Source of the DNA: Pseudomonadota bacterium
Lineage (GTDB): Bacteria > Pseudomonadota > Gammaproteobacteria > Magnimaribacterales > D2472
Direction: 5' to 3'
Length of the DNA: 64,000 nt
Assembly (NCBI GenBank): GCA_028344535.1
Contig: JAOMBK010000005.1
Location: 869 to 64,868 of the forward strand
Numbering within the stretch: position 1 is the stretch's first letter; the number at the start of each line of letters is the position of its first letter. This document shows positions 14,055 through 27,715 of this stretch, in pieces. The notes below the pieces were generated by a model. That model was not told the origin of the DNA. It did no database searches and saw only the letters and a list, made by a program, of their open reading frames with translations. A program made the position numbers and the translations under genes.

Positions 14055-15362
14055 TTGATTTTTGCGCTTGCAACCCCTGTAGCCCAGTCTGCTATAGGCG
14101 TGTTTAGAATCTCAGGAGCTGGTTGTTGCGAAATATTTAACAAAGCTCTCAACAAGCCCGTTTCCGATTATCGAAAGGTGTTTCTTAGAGATGTTGTTTG
14201 GGATGGAGCTCTGATAGATAGGTGCTCGGTTGTTTTTTATTCAGCCCCAAGCAGTTACACCGGCGAGGATTCTGTTGAGGTTTTTTGTCACGGCGGGCTT
14301 TCTGTAATTAAATCATTAACAGGTGTTTTTCTTCATCTTGGTTTTAGGGAGGCTGAACCTGGTGAGTTTTCGAGAATTGCTTTTGAGAACGGAAAGCTTT
14401 CTTTAAACGAGGCTGAAGCGGTGGGCGACCTTATTCATTCCGAGGACGAAAGCCGGGGGTTGTTATCCTCAGAAGCGGTTGCCGGAAAGTTGAGCAATAT
14501 GATAAAAGCTCTAGGCGATGAGGTTGATGCATTAAGGGTTTTTATAGAAGGAAGTATAGATTTTTCTGATGAGGATTATGATTTTATTTCTGAAGGATCG
14601 GTAGATGAAAGGTTGTTTGAGGTTAGGTCTTCGCTGGTAAACCTTATTGACTCCTCTTTGGTGTCAACCAAAAAGCTTACGAAAAACAGGGTCTTGTTTT
14701 TTGGCCCCCCTAATACTGGCAAATCTTCTTTGTTTAATAGAATGCTTGGGTTTGAAAGGGCTCTTGTTTCTAATATTCCTGGGACTACTAGGGACCTAAT
14801 AGATTCAGAGATTTTTTATAACAGCATAAATATGGAGTTAGTTGATTCTGCGGGTGTTAGAGAAACTGATGATTTGATTGAAACAAAGGGTGTTGCTCTC
14901 TCTGGTAACGAGGTTCATGATTCAGCTTTGGTTTTGGTTGTTTTGGATCACCATACTGAGAGTCTGGCTGAGGATTTCGCATCAATTTTAAACAAAAAAA
15001 ACCATTTGTTTATTTTTAACAAATCAGATGAAGGCTCTCCAAAGCAAGTATATGATTGTGTTGTGTCTGCTAAATCGGGCGAGGGTATTCAGAAATTAAA
15101 AAAAATGATTTTTGACTCTATTCAAATCACTTATAAAGGCTCTAAAAAGACTTTTATTGTAAGAGAGCGGCACCTTGTTTTGTTTCAGTCGGCTTTATCA
15201 AGCCTTGATGCTTGCATAGATAAGATTTCAAAAGAGAGTGATGTTGATGTTGCTGCTGAAGATTTAAGAATGGTGAGAGCGACTTTTGATGAGTTCTTGG
15301 GTGTTAAATATCCAGATGAGTTGTTGGGTGATATTTTTAGTGATTTCTGCATAGGTAAGTAG
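14055..15362 (+). CDS. mnmE: tRNA modification GTPase MnmE
   Basis: 435 aa with a TTG start, G1 GPPNTGKSSLFN, DSAG, and the C-terminal CIGK tetrapeptide. Confidence 0.9.
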   Translation: MIFALATPVAQSAIGVFRISGAGCCEIFNKALNKPVSDYRKVFLRDVVWDGALIDRCSVVFYSAPSSYTGEDSVEVFCHGGLSVIKSLTGVFLHLGFREAEPGEFSRIAFENGKLSLNEAEAVGDLIHSEDESRGLLSSEAVAGKLSNMIKALGDEVDALRVFIEGSIDFSDEDYDFISEGSVDERLFEVRSSLVNLIDSSLVSTKKLTKNRVLFFGPPNTGKSSLFNRMLGFERALVSNIPGTTRDLIDSEIFYNSINMELVDSAGVRETDDLIETKGVALSGNEVHDSALVLVVLDHHTESLAEDFASILNKKNHLFIFNKSDEGSPKQVYDCVVSAKSGEGIQKLKKMIFDSIQITYKGSKKTFIVRERHLVLFQSALSSLDACIDKISKESDVDVAAEDLRMVRATFDEFLGVKYPDELLGDIFSDFCIGK

Positions 15363-15570
15363 ATAAAATGTGGAAAGTTTGTGCTTAATTTTTTTGTTTT
15401 TTTTATCCACAAGTTATTTAATAAATGGGTACAGTTTATGAGTTTAGGTTTACATAATTTATCAATGCTTGAATTGCTTATAGGGAAGGGGCGGATCGAC
15501 TTTATCAACAAAAAAAACCCTCTTAATAATAACAACAATAATATATTGTTGTTATAACATTCTTATATAT
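15363..15570. promoter_or_regulatory. mnmE-mnmG spacer: candidate oriC or DnaA-box cluster
   Basis: Holds a perfect TTATCCACA at 15403-15411, a 1-mismatch TTATCAACA at 15502-15510, a 2-mismatch box (TGTGGAAAG) at 15369-15377, one GATC, and an AT-rich 12-bp-arm inverted repeat at 15529-15555. It is adjacent to gidA/mnmG, where oriC lies in enterics. Confidence 0.4.
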
Positions 15571-17388
15571 ATGTTTGATGTAATAGTAATTGGTGGGGGC
15601 CATGCTGGTGTTGAGGCTGCACACGTGGTTTATAGGCAGGGCCTTAGCTGCTGCCTGGTTACCTTTAAAACTGAAACTATAGGTCAAATGTCTTGCAATC
15701 CAGCTATTGGTGGTCTTGGAAAATCTCACCTTGTTAGAGAAGTTGATGCCTTGGGTGGAATTATGGCTCAAGCCACAGACCTTTCAGGCATTCAATCAAG
15801 AACTCTAAATACTAGAAAAGGCTTTGCGGTTCAGGCTCTTAGAGTTCAGTGCGATAGAGATAAATATAAACAAGCAATACAGGAACTTCTGCTTGAAACA
15901 AACATCACCATCAAAGAGGGCGAGGTGGTAGATATTATGCTTGAGCAGAACACCATTCTTGGAGTTGAATTAAGATCTGGCGAAAAAATCAAATCCTCTA
16001 AGACCATTTTGACCACAGGAACATTTTTAAACGGAGTAATGTATAAAGGCGATGAAAAGATTTCAGGAGGCCGTGTTGGAGATAGCACATCAATACCTTT
16101 ATCGGAAAAACTTTATGATTTAAAACTACCCATGGGAAGGCTTAAAACAGGAACACCGGCGCGAATAAAACTCTCCAGCATCAATCTAAACCTTATGGAA
16201 GAACAACCGGGTGACAAAAATCCACCTTCTATGTCTGTTCTCCAGCCACCCCAAGCAACGCTTCCGCAGATCTCCTGCTATATAACAAGGACCAACAAAC
16301 AAACCCACAAAATTATCTCAGACAATACCCACCTATCTGCAATGTACTCCGGAAAAATTTCTGGAATAGGGCCAAGATATTGCCCATCTATAGAGGATAA
16401 AATTAACAAGTTTGGCGAAAAGGACAGCCATCAAATTTTTATAGAACCCGAGGGCTTAGACAAGGATCTTGTTTATCCAAACGGCATTTCCACAAGCCTG
16501 CCCACTTCAGCGCAAAAAGAATTTGTAGAGTCTATTCAAGGGATGGAAAACTGCATAATAGAAGAATTTGGTTACGCCGTAGAATATGACTTTATTGACC
16601 CCAGGTCATTAAAACCAACGCTGGAAACAAAATTTATTAAAAACCTGTATCTTGCGGGTCAAATAAACGGCACAACGGGATACGAGGAAGCGGCAGCCCA
16701 AGGTCTTGTTGCGGGCATTAATGCTGCTCAAAACATTCTTAATAAACCGGATGTAGTATTTGATAGAAGCGAGGCATATATAGGTGTTTTGATAGATGAC
16801 TTAACACTTCATGGCGTAACAGAACCATACAGAATGTTTACAAGCAGAGCAGAGTTCCGTCTCATGCTTTCACAAGATACCGCATGCCAGAGGCTTACCA
16901 AAAAGGGCCATTCACTTGGTCTGATTGCAGAAAAAACATTTGGCGCTTACCTGGAAAAAGAAAACACATACCAGGATTTTTTAAAACAAACAAAAAAAAT
17001 AAAAACAAAACATAACAACAAACCCACAACCGGAGAAGATTTGCTCAAAAGAACCGACCTCACCCCTAGCGAAGTTAAACTAATTCTAAAAATACCCAAA
17101 GACAATGAAGGGTTTTTTAAAAGAGCAGCAAACGAAATTAAATACAGCGGCTATATTGCAAAACAAAAAAGAGAAGTCGAAAGCTCAAGAAAAAACGAAA
17201 AAGCCTTAATACCAAGCGACACCAACTACTCCAGTATCAAAGGTCTATCAAACGAAGTTGTTGAAAGGCTAATTAAACACAAACCATCAACTTTGGGTCA
17301 AGCAAGCAGGCTTGAAGGCGTAACACCTGCAGCAATAAATTTAATTGCCATCACCATTAAAAAGAAACAATTGCTCGAGAAGGCATAA
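15571..17388 (+). CDS. mnmG: tRNA uridine 5-carboxymethylaminomethyl modification enzyme MnmG (GidA)
   Basis: 605 aa with [17 protein letters not shown] (FAD fold), MSCNPAIGG and [16 protein letters not shown]. Confidence 0.95.
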   Translation: MFDVIVIGGGHAGVEAAHVVYRQGLSCCLVTFKTETIGQMSCNPAIGGLGKSHLVREVDALGGIMAQATDLSGIQSRTLNTRKGFAVQALRVQCDRDKYKQAIQELLLETNITIKEGEVVDIMLEQNTILGVELRSGEKIKSSKTILTTGTFLNGVMYKGDEKISGGRVGDSTSIPLSEKLYDLKLPMGRLKTGTPARIKLSSINLNLMEEQPGDKNPPSMSVLQPPQATLPQISCYITRTNKQTHKIISDNTHLSAMYSGKISGIGPRYCPSIEDKINKFGEKDSHQIFIEPEGLDKDLVYPNGISTSLPTSAQKEFVESIQGMENCIIEEFGYAVEYDFIDPRSLKPTLETKFIKNLYLAGQINGTTGYEEAAAQGLVAGINAAQNILNKPDVVFDRSEAYIGVLIDDLTLHGVTEPYRMFTSRAEFRLMLSQDTACQRLTKKGHSLGLIAEKTFGAYLEKENTYQDFLKQTKKIKTKHNNKPTTGEDLLKRTDLTPSEVKLILKIPKDNEGFFKRAANEIKYSGYIAKQKREVESSRKNEKALIPSDTNYSSIKGLSNEVVERLIKHKPSTLGQASRLEGVTPAAINLIAITIKKKQLLEKA

Positions 17389-17977
17389 GCAAATCACAAA
17401 CCAAAGCAAAACAAACGAACTCACCAAAACTTTTGTAGAAGAGATTTTAAAGTTCAACAAAGCCCACAACATAGTTGGACGCTTAACAGAATCGGAAATA
17501 AACCTTTTAGATGTTCTCGATTGTAAGTCAATTCTTCCACACACAAAAACTTCAAAAAAAGTATTAGATATTGGGAGCGGCGCAGGACTACCAGGTTTAA
17601 TAATAGCCATACACCAACCCCAAACCGAAGTAACCATGTCTGAAAAAAACAAAAAGAAAGCTTATTTTATTAAAAAGACAATTCGAACCCTACAACTTAC
17701 CAATGCAAAAATCCTCGACGAGGCCATAACACCAAAACTAATTACGGAAAATAAGTTTGATATTATTACAGCCAGAGCCTTAGCATCTGCGTTTAATATA
17801 ATAAAGATGTCAAAACACCTTTTATCTAAGGATGGAAAGTTCCTTTTCATGAAGGGAGCAATAGAAAAAATAAATGAAGAGGTTGCTCAGCTTAAAAATA
17901 ATACATACTCTTATACTGTCCACAAAACAGAAAACACAGAAACAAACAGACACATTTTAGAAATAACACAAAAATGA
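17345..17977 (+). CDS. rsmG: 16S rRNA (guanine527-N7)-methyltransferase RsmG (GidB)
   Basis: 210 aa with FNKAHNIVG and [10 protein letters not shown] (SAM motif). TTG start overlaps the mnmG end by 44 nt; the start is uncertain. Confidence 0.85.
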   Translation: MPSPLKRNNCSRRHKQITNQSKTNELTKTFVEEILKFNKAHNIVGRLTESEINLLDVLDCKSILPHTKTSKKVLDIGSGAGLPGLIIAIHQPQTEVTMSEKNKKKAYFIKKTIRTLQLTNAKILDEAITPKLITENKFDIITARALASAFNIIKMSKHLLSKDGKFLFMKGAIEKINEEVAQLKNNTYSYTVHKTENTETNRHILEITQK

Positions 17978-18729
17978 AACACATTATTGCTATAGCCAAC
18001 CAAAAAGGCGGTGTTGGAAAAACAACAACAGCAGTGAACTTGGCCGCAGCGCTTGCCGCGACAAAAAGAAAGGTCTTATTAATAGATCTAGACCCACAAG
18101 GTAATGCCAGCACAGCAGCAGGAGCCCCCAAAAATGAAAAAACTTTATTTCAAATCTATTCCCAAGACCTAGATATCAAAGAACACATAATCAAATCTCC
18201 TAGCGGATATGATGTTGTGCCAGGAGGGGAAAACCTTATAGCTCTCGAGGTTCATATAAGAAACGAAGGAAAGCAGGGGGAACTGAAAAAACAACTGGCA
18301 CCCCTAGACTATGAATTCGTCATCATAGACACACCCCCATCACTCAACCAACTAACGCTGGAGTCTCTGTTTGCCGCCACCGCAACACTTATACCTCTTC
18401 AATGTGAATATTATTCTTTAGAGGGAATCTCATCACTCATCAATACTATAAACACACTTAAAAACAAAAACCTTACAAACAATAGGGTATTTGGGATTAT
18501 TAGAACCATGGTAGATATGCGTAACAACCTAGCCAAAGAAGTATCAGAAGAGTTGGAAAAACATTTTCCAGCCTTGGTTTTTAACACCCTTATACCAAGA
18601 AATGTTAAATTGGCTGAAGCGCCAAGCCATGGAACATCGGCAATACAATATATGCCATCCTCATTTGGTGCTAAGGCTTATTTAGCTCTCGCGGGCGAAC
18701 TTATCAGGAGAATAGAAGGTGGCAGATAA
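17974..18729 (+). CDS. parA: chromosome partitioning ATPase ParA/Soj
   Basis: 251 aa with the deviant Walker A NQKGGVGKTTTAVNLA. ATGA overlap with rsmG. Confidence 0.92.
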   Translation: MKHIIAIANQKGGVGKTTTAVNLAAALAATKRKVLLIDLDPQGNASTAAGAPKNEKTLFQIYSQDLDIKEHIIKSPSGYDVVPGGENLIALEVHIRNEGKQGELKKQLAPLDYEFVIIDTPPSLNQLTLESLFAATATLIPLQCEYYSLEGISSLINTINTLKNKNLTNNRVFGIIRTMVDMRNNLAKEVSEELEKHFPALVFNTLIPRNVKLAEAPSHGTSAIQYMPSSFGAKAYLALAGELIRRIEGGR

Positions 18730-19561
18730 AATATTAAACACAGGCCTAGACGCCCTTCTTGGCGATGTTGCGGCCCCGAACAAACAATCCATTAAAGAAA
18801 TAGACCTCACTCAAATTAAACCTAACCGCTTCCAGCCTAGACAGTCATTTGATGAGCAGAAAATAAAAGAGCTATCTCAATCGATTGCTAAACATGGAAT
18901 TCTATCACCCATCCTGGTTCGAGAAACTGGCGCCGGTGGTTATGAGTTAATTGCAGGCGAAAGGCGATTAAGAGCGGCGAAACAGGCGGGGCTTCAAACC
19001 GCTCCATGCATGGTTGATTCAGCGGAAGACCAGCTTTCACTCGAGCTTGCATTAATTGAAAACCTTCAACGGGAAGACCTCAATCCAATCGAAGAAGCCA
19101 GAGGCTATGACAGACTTAAAAGAGAGTTTTCCCTAACCCAAGATAAAATTGCTGAAGTAACTGGCAAAGCTCGCAGCTCTGTAGCTAACTCTATGAGGCT
19201 TTTAAATCTCCCTTCTTCTATTATCGAGCTTTTGTACGCTGGCGAGCTAGAAAAAGGCCACGCTAAAATTCTTGCATCTATGGACCCCAAAGAAGCAGAA
19301 GAGCTGGCACAAAAGATAGTTTCCTTAGGCATGACAGTTAAAGACGCGGCCACTTCCACCAAACCAAAAACAACAAAAAATAAGACCAAACAAAAAAATA
19401 GAGACCTACTAAATATAGAAGAGGAGCTTTCTGAGTGTATGGGCCACAAGATTCAAATTGATCAACAAACAGCTTCAAAAGGCAAAATATCTATCTCATA
19501 CTCTTCAAAAGATGAAAGAGAGTCTATTATCAGTAAATTATTAAAATTAAAGAAAAATTAA
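18719..19561 (+). CDS. parB: chromosome partitioning protein ParB/Spo0J
   Basis: 280 aa with GLDALLG, QPRQSFDE and ELIAGERRLRAA (ParB box II). GTG start overlaps parA. Confidence 0.9.
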   Translation: MADKILNTGLDALLGDVAAPNKQSIKEIDLTQIKPNRFQPRQSFDEQKIKELSQSIAKHGILSPILVRETGAGGYELIAGERRLRAAKQAGLQTAPCMVDSAEDQLSLELALIENLQREDLNPIEEARGYDRLKREFSLTQDKIAEVTGKARSSVANSMRLLNLPSSIIELLYAGELEKGHAKILASMDPKEAEELAQKIVSLGMTVKDAATSTKPKTTKNKTKQKNRDLLNIEEELSECMGHKIQIDQQTASKGKISISYSSKDERESIISKLLKLKKN

Positions 19562-19632
19562 GCTTGTCCTTAAGACTATAAATTTTTATAATCAGCCCCG
19601 TAAAAAAACATACTTGAACCAAAATTAATACT

Positions 19633-20806
<1,174 letters not shown>

Positions 20807-20821
20807 GTCTTTAATTTTTAG

Positions 20822-21058
<237 letters not shown>

Positions 21059-21065
21059 ATAAATA

Positions 21066-21536
21066 ATGAATATTAACGCAACACTCTTAGGCCAAACTTT
21101 AGCATTTGTTATTTTTGTAGCAATTTGCTGGAAGTATGTATGGCCTCCAATCATTGCGATTATGGAAGAAAGAGAGAAGCGTATAGCAGATGGTTTAGAG
21201 GCGGCAAAAAAAGCAGACGATTCTTTAGAAGAGGCACAGCTAGCCTTTGATCAAGAGATGAACAAAGCAAAAGCAGAGGCCGCTGAAATATTAGAAAAAG
21301 CCAACTCTAGAGCTTCTCAAATCGTTAATGATGCAACAGAAAAAGCTGAAGTTGAGGCTGAAAAGATTTTATCTTCAGCATCCAAAACCATTGAAAACGA
21401 TGTCAATAAAGCCAAAGAAGAGCTAAGACAGAAAATGTCAGAGCTCATTATCGATACCTCTGAAAAAATATTGGGTGATGAAATTAGTCCCGAGAAACAT
21501 CAAGAGCTGCTTAAAAAAGCAGCAGCAGAGTTATAA
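21066..21536 (+). CDS. atpF: F0F1 ATP synthase subunit b
   Basis: 156 aa with a single N-terminal TM segment followed by a long charged helix. Called partly from operon position. Confidence 0.9.
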   Translation: MNINATLLGQTLAFVIFVAICWKYVWPPIIAIMEEREKRIADGLEAAKKADDSLEEAQLAFDQEMNKAKAEAAEILEKANSRASQIVNDATEKAEVEAEKILSSASKTIENDVNKAKEELRQKMSELIIDTSEKILGDEISPEKHQELLKKAAAEL

Positions 21537-21539
21537 AAA

Positions 21540-22076
21540 ATGATCGAATTGTCTCCACTTGCCAGACCATATGCCAAAGCTATTTTCGCAGCAGCTTTGG
21601 ACGCCGGCAATCACGAGATGGTTGCAAAAGACCTAGCCTTATTGTCTGCGGTTTCGCAAACTAAAGAGGTTTCAGGCTTGATTGAAGATCCAGAGCTTTC
21701 AAAGGAGCAAATTGCTCAAACCATTATAAGTTTAGCGGATGGTGAGGTGGGTAGCCTGGCCAATAAGATGTTAGAACTTCTTGCTGATAACAAAAGACTT
21801 AATCTTATTCAAACAATCAACACAAGTTACCAAGAATTATTAGAACAATACAATAACACCAGCTCCATTGTAGTGAATGTTGCGGACCAGCCCTCTGAAG
21901 AAAACAAAAAAGTTATTATCGAAAAACTTCTTGCAGAGCATGGAGAAGGTTCAAACATAGAATTTTCGGAAGATCCCTCAATCATGGGCGGTCTATCTAT
22001 TAAAGTCGGAGACGAAACTCTTGACCTATCCATTAAAGGAAAGGTTAAAAAATTAGTAAATCAATTAAATTTTTAA
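21540..22076 (+). CDS. atpH: F0F1 ATP synthase subunit delta
   Basis: 178 aa with N-terminal ARPYAKAIF and IMGGLSIKVGD near the C-terminus. Confidence 0.9.
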   Translation: MIELSPLARPYAKAIFAAALDAGNHEMVAKDLALLSAVSQTKEVSGLIEDPELSKEQIAQTIISLADGEVGSLANKMLELLADNKRLNLIQTINTSYQELLEQYNNTSSIVVNVADQPSEENKKVIIEKLLAEHGEGSNIEFSEDPSIMGGLSIKVGDETLDLSIKGKVKKLVNQLNF

Positions 22077-22085
22077 GGTGAAAAA

Positions 22086-23630
22086 ATGAGCCAATTAAAT
22101 CCATCAGAAATTTCCAGTGTATTAAAGGAAAAAATTTCAGGCCTTGATCTTTCTGCTGAAAGAAAAAATGAAGGCATTATTGTAAGCGTATCAGACGGGA
22201 TTGTGCGTATTCATGGCATGGGCGATGTTATGTATGGGGAGCTTATAGAATTTGAAAGTGGTGTTTTGGGTTTAGCCCTAAACCTTGAGCAAGACTCAGT
22301 TGGTGCAGTAGTTTTGGGTGATTATCTAGGTTTGATTGAGGGTCAAAAAGCTGTTTGTACAGGAAGAATTTTAGAGGTCCCGGTCGGGGAAGAATTGCTC
22401 GGAAGAGTTGTAGATGCTTTGGGTAATCCTATTGATGGCAAAGGCGAGATCAAAACAGAAACAACCGCCCCTGTTGAAGTTGTGGCACCTGGTGTTATCG
22501 CAAGACAGTCAGTTGATCAACCAGTACAAATTGGTCTAAAAGCTGTGGATGCAATGGTTCCGATAGGAAGAGGCCAAAGAGAGTTAATTATAGGTGATAG
22601 ACAAACAGGCAAGACAGCTGTTGCGGTTGATGCAATCATTAACCAAAAGGGAACCGGCATTAAATGTATTTATGTTGCTATTGGGCAAAAACAATCAACC
22701 GTGGTTAATGTTGTTAAGAAGCTTGAAGAACATGGAGCATTAGAACATACGATTGTTGTTTCAGCATCAGCATCTGACCCAGCTCCAATGCAGTATCTTT
22801 CTGCATATTCAGGGTGCTCCATGGGTGAGTACTTTAGAGATAAAGGAGAAGATGCATTGATTGTTTATGATGACCTTTCTAAGCAAGCGGTTGCATATAG
22901 ACAAGTATCCTTGCTTTTAAAAAGACCTCCAGGAAGAGAGGCTTATCCTGGAGATGTTTTTTATCTTCACTCAAGACTGTTAGAAAGAGCAGCGAGGGTA
23001 AATGCAGATTATGTAGAAAAAGCTACAAACGGAAAGGTTAAAGGTAAAACAGGATCTTTAACCGCGCTCCCAATTATTGAGACCCAAGCTGGAGATGTGT
23101 CAGCTTTTGTCCCTACCAACGTTATTTCAATCACTGATGGCCAAATTTTCTTAGAAACTGATCTATTTAATTCAGGTATAAGGCCTGCTATTAACCCAGG
23201 TATTTCTGTTTCTAGGGTGGGTGGTGCTGCTCAAACCAAGATTATGAAAAAACTGAGTGGAGGAGTTAGAACCGCGCTAGCTCAATACAGGGAGCTGGCT
23301 GCTTTCTCTCAATTTGCATCAGATCTAGATGATGCTACAAAAGCCCAGCTTGCCAGAGGTATTAGGATCACTGAACTTATAAAACAAAAACAATATGCCC
23401 CTATGAGCGTTGCTCAACAGTCACTGAGTATTTTTGCAGCAGACAGAGGTTATATGGATGATGTAGAAGTCGAAAAAATTGGCAGCTTTGAAGAAGCACT
23501 ACATGGCTATTTCACATCAGAAAAAGCCGACCTTGAAAAGAGTATCAATGACACAGGCGATTGGAATGATGACATTGAAAAACAGTTCACTGAAGTTGTT
23601 GAGCAATTTAAAAAGACACAAACATTTTAA
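22086..23630 (+). CDS. atpA: F0F1 ATP synthase subunit alpha
   Basis: 514 aa with GDRQTGKTA (P-loop) and the conserved alpha signature throughout. Confidence 0.95.
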   Translation: MSQLNPSEISSVLKEKISGLDLSAERKNEGIIVSVSDGIVRIHGMGDVMYGELIEFESGVLGLALNLEQDSVGAVVLGDYLGLIEGQKAVCTGRILEVPVGEELLGRVVDALGNPIDGKGEIKTETTAPVEVVAPGVIARQSVDQPVQIGLKAVDAMVPIGRGQRELIIGDRQTGKTAVAVDAIINQKGTGIKCIYVAIGQKQSTVVNVVKKLEEHGALEHTIVVSASASDPAPMQYLSAYSGCSMGEYFRDKGEDALIVYDDLSKQAVAYRQVSLLLKRPPGREAYPGDVFYLHSRLLERAARVNADYVEKATNGKVKGKTGSLTALPIIETQAGDVSAFVPTNVISITDGQIFLETDLFNSGIRPAINPGISVSRVGGAAQTKIMKKLSGGVRTALAQYRELAAFSQFASDLDDATKAQLARGIRITELIKQKQYAPMSVAQQSLSIFAADRGYMDDVEVEKIGSFEEALHGYFTSEKADLEKSINDTGDWNDDIEKQFTEVVEQFKKTQTF

Positions 23631-23640
23631 TTTTTAACTA

Positions 23641-25912
<2,272 letters not shown>

Positions 25913-25915
25913 TTT

Positions 25916-26329
25916 ATGTCTACCATTAAAGTCAGCATAGTTTCATCAAGCGAGGAAATTTATTCTGGTGAAGGTACTATGGTATTTGCTACAGGCTCTC
26001 TTGGTGAAATAGGCATTGCACCAGGACACACCCCTCTTCTAACTGGTCTTGCTCCAGGGCCTGTCAGAGTCCAAAACGGGGATGATGAAAAAACCTTTTT
26101 TTGTTCGGGTGGATTTATTGAAATACAGCCCGACTTGGTAACTTTTTTATCTGATAGAGCTGAGCGTGCAGAATCAATGGATGAAGCCGAAGCTATTAAG
26201 GCCCAAGAACTTGCAGAAAAAAACATGCATGACAAAGAGTCAGAGTTGGATTACACCAAAGCAGCAGCGCAATTGGCTGAAGCAGCCGCAAGAATCAAAA
26301 CCATTCAAAAATTAAGAAAAAACAAGTAA
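25916..26329 (+). CDS. atpC: F0F1 ATP synthase subunit epsilon
   Basis: 137 aa, last gene of the operon. N-terminal beta-sandwich followed by a helical C-terminus. Confidence 0.9.
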   Translation: MSTIKVSIVSSSEEIYSGEGTMVFATGSLGEIGIAPGHTPLLTGLAPGPVRVQNGDDEKTFFCSGGFIEIQPDLVTFLSDRAERAESMDEAEAIKAQELAEKNMHDKESELDYTKAAAQLAEAAARIKTIQKLRKNK

Positions 26330-26361
26330 GGTACTTGTATCAAGCTTAATTCGTCATTACG

Positions 26362-27714
26362 TTGAATATTCATACTATTATCCTTGCAGCAGGCAAAGGA
26401 ACTCGAATGAACACCAATTTGCCTAAGGTTATGCAGCCTCTTGGCGGGCAAACGCTTATCTCCCATGTAATCAAAACTGCAAAAGTTAGCAGCAAAGATA
26501 TAACCATTATTGTGGGGCATCAAAAAGACCTACTAAAAGAGCATATAGCTAGCATTGATCCAAACATTCAAACAACTGAGCAAAATGAACAACTTGGAAC
26601 CGCACATGCAGTTAAAACAGCTTCTCATTTGATCAAGGATGATGAAAAGGTATTGATTTTATATGGTGATGTTCCTTTAATTAGTTCCGAAACCATAGAA
26701 ACACTTATAAATTCTGAGCAAGATTGTACGCTCCTATCCATGAAATTAAATAACCCAACCGGTTATGGAAGAATAATGACCGATGATGAAAATCTAGCCA
26801 CAAGAATCATTGAGCAAAAAGATGCATCTGAGGATGAAAGAAAAATTCAAGAGGTCTTTACCGGCATTTTACTAATTAATGGCAGCCTGCTGAGGCCAGC
26901 TTTGGACGAAATCAACAATCAAAATGCTGCTAATGAGTACTATCTTACGGACTTGGTAGAGATACTTTCCTCAAAAGGAGTTAAAATAAATTGTATTCAA
27001 GCTAATCCCATCGAAGTACTGGGAGCCAACAATAAAAATGAATTGCATGAGCTAGAATCAATTTTAAGAAAAATGAGTGCTGAAAAATTATTACAAAAAG
27101 GGATCACCCTCCTGGATGCAACCCGCGTTGATGTTCGAGGTGAGGTTGAGGCTGGCAAAGATTGTTCTGTAGACGTAAATGTTATTTTTGAGGGCTCAGT
27201 AACCCTGGGTGAAAACGTTACCATCAAATCAAATGTTGTCTTACAAGATGTTTCTATTGGAGATAACTCCGTTATTGAATCTTTTAGTCACCTCTCATCT
27301 GCAACAGTGGGCTCTAACTGCAACATAGGGCCTTATGCACGTCTTAGAGAAGGTTCAGAAATAGGGAACAATGCCAAAATTGGTAATTTTGTTGAGACCA
27401 AAAAAACCAAACTGGGAGATGGAGCCAAAGCTAACCATCTAGCTTATCTAGGTGATGCAGACATAGGTAGCAAAACAAACATTGGCGCTGGAACCATTAC
27501 ATGTAATTATGATGGAGCTAACAAACATCAAACAACCATAGGTGAAGAAAGCTTTATTGGAACAAACTCTTCATTGGTAGCACCAGTCAACATTGGGAAA
27601 GGTGCCTACGTAGGAGCGGGCTCTGTAATCACCAAGGACGTTCCTGATGAGGCTTTAGCCCTAGGTCGAGGCAAACAGGTGACCAAAGAAGACTGGGCAA
27701 AAAACAAAAAATAA
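26362..27714 (+). CDS. glmU: bifunctional UDP-GlcNAc pyrophosphorylase / GlcN-1-P acetyltransferase
   Basis: 450 aa with LAAGKGTRM and C-terminal hexapeptide (left-handed beta-helix) repeats. TTG start. Confidence 0.92.
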   Translation: MNIHTIILAAGKGTRMNTNLPKVMQPLGGQTLISHVIKTAKVSSKDITIIVGHQKDLLKEHIASIDPNIQTTEQNEQLGTAHAVKTASHLIKDDEKVLILYGDVPLISSETIETLINSEQDCTLLSMKLNNPTGYGRIMTDDENLATRIIEQKDASEDERKIQEVFTGILLINGSLLRPALDEINNQNAANEYYLTDLVEILSSKGVKINCIQANPIEVLGANNKNELHELESILRKMSAEKLLQKGITLLDATRVDVRGEVEAGKDCSVDVNVIFEGSVTLGENVTIKSNVVLQDVSIGDNSVIESFSHLSSATVGSNCNIGPYARLREGSEIGNNAKIGNFVETKKTKLGDGAKANHLAYLGDADIGSKTNIGAGTITCNYDGANKHQTTIGEESFIGTNSSLVAPVNIGKGAYVGAGSVITKDVPDEALALGRGKQVTKEDWAKNKK

Positions 27715-27715
27715 T

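Noticed and set aside
15185-15771. Minus-strand ORFs of 117 aa and 82 aa crossing the mnmE-mnmG spacer
   Set aside because: They overlap the mnmE 3' end, the mnmG 5' end and the DnaA-box/AT-rich spacer. The products have no recognisable features. The spacer is better explained as regulatory or origin DNA.
16981-17060. A-rich low-complexity tracts as possible repeats or slippage sites
   Set aside because: They stay in frame and encode Lys/Thr/Asn-rich linkers at poorly conserved positions of otherwise intact proteins. This is consistent with AT-biased composition rather than a functional repeat. The tracts are the mnmG C-terminal region, the rsmG N-terminus and the parB tail at 19360-19410.
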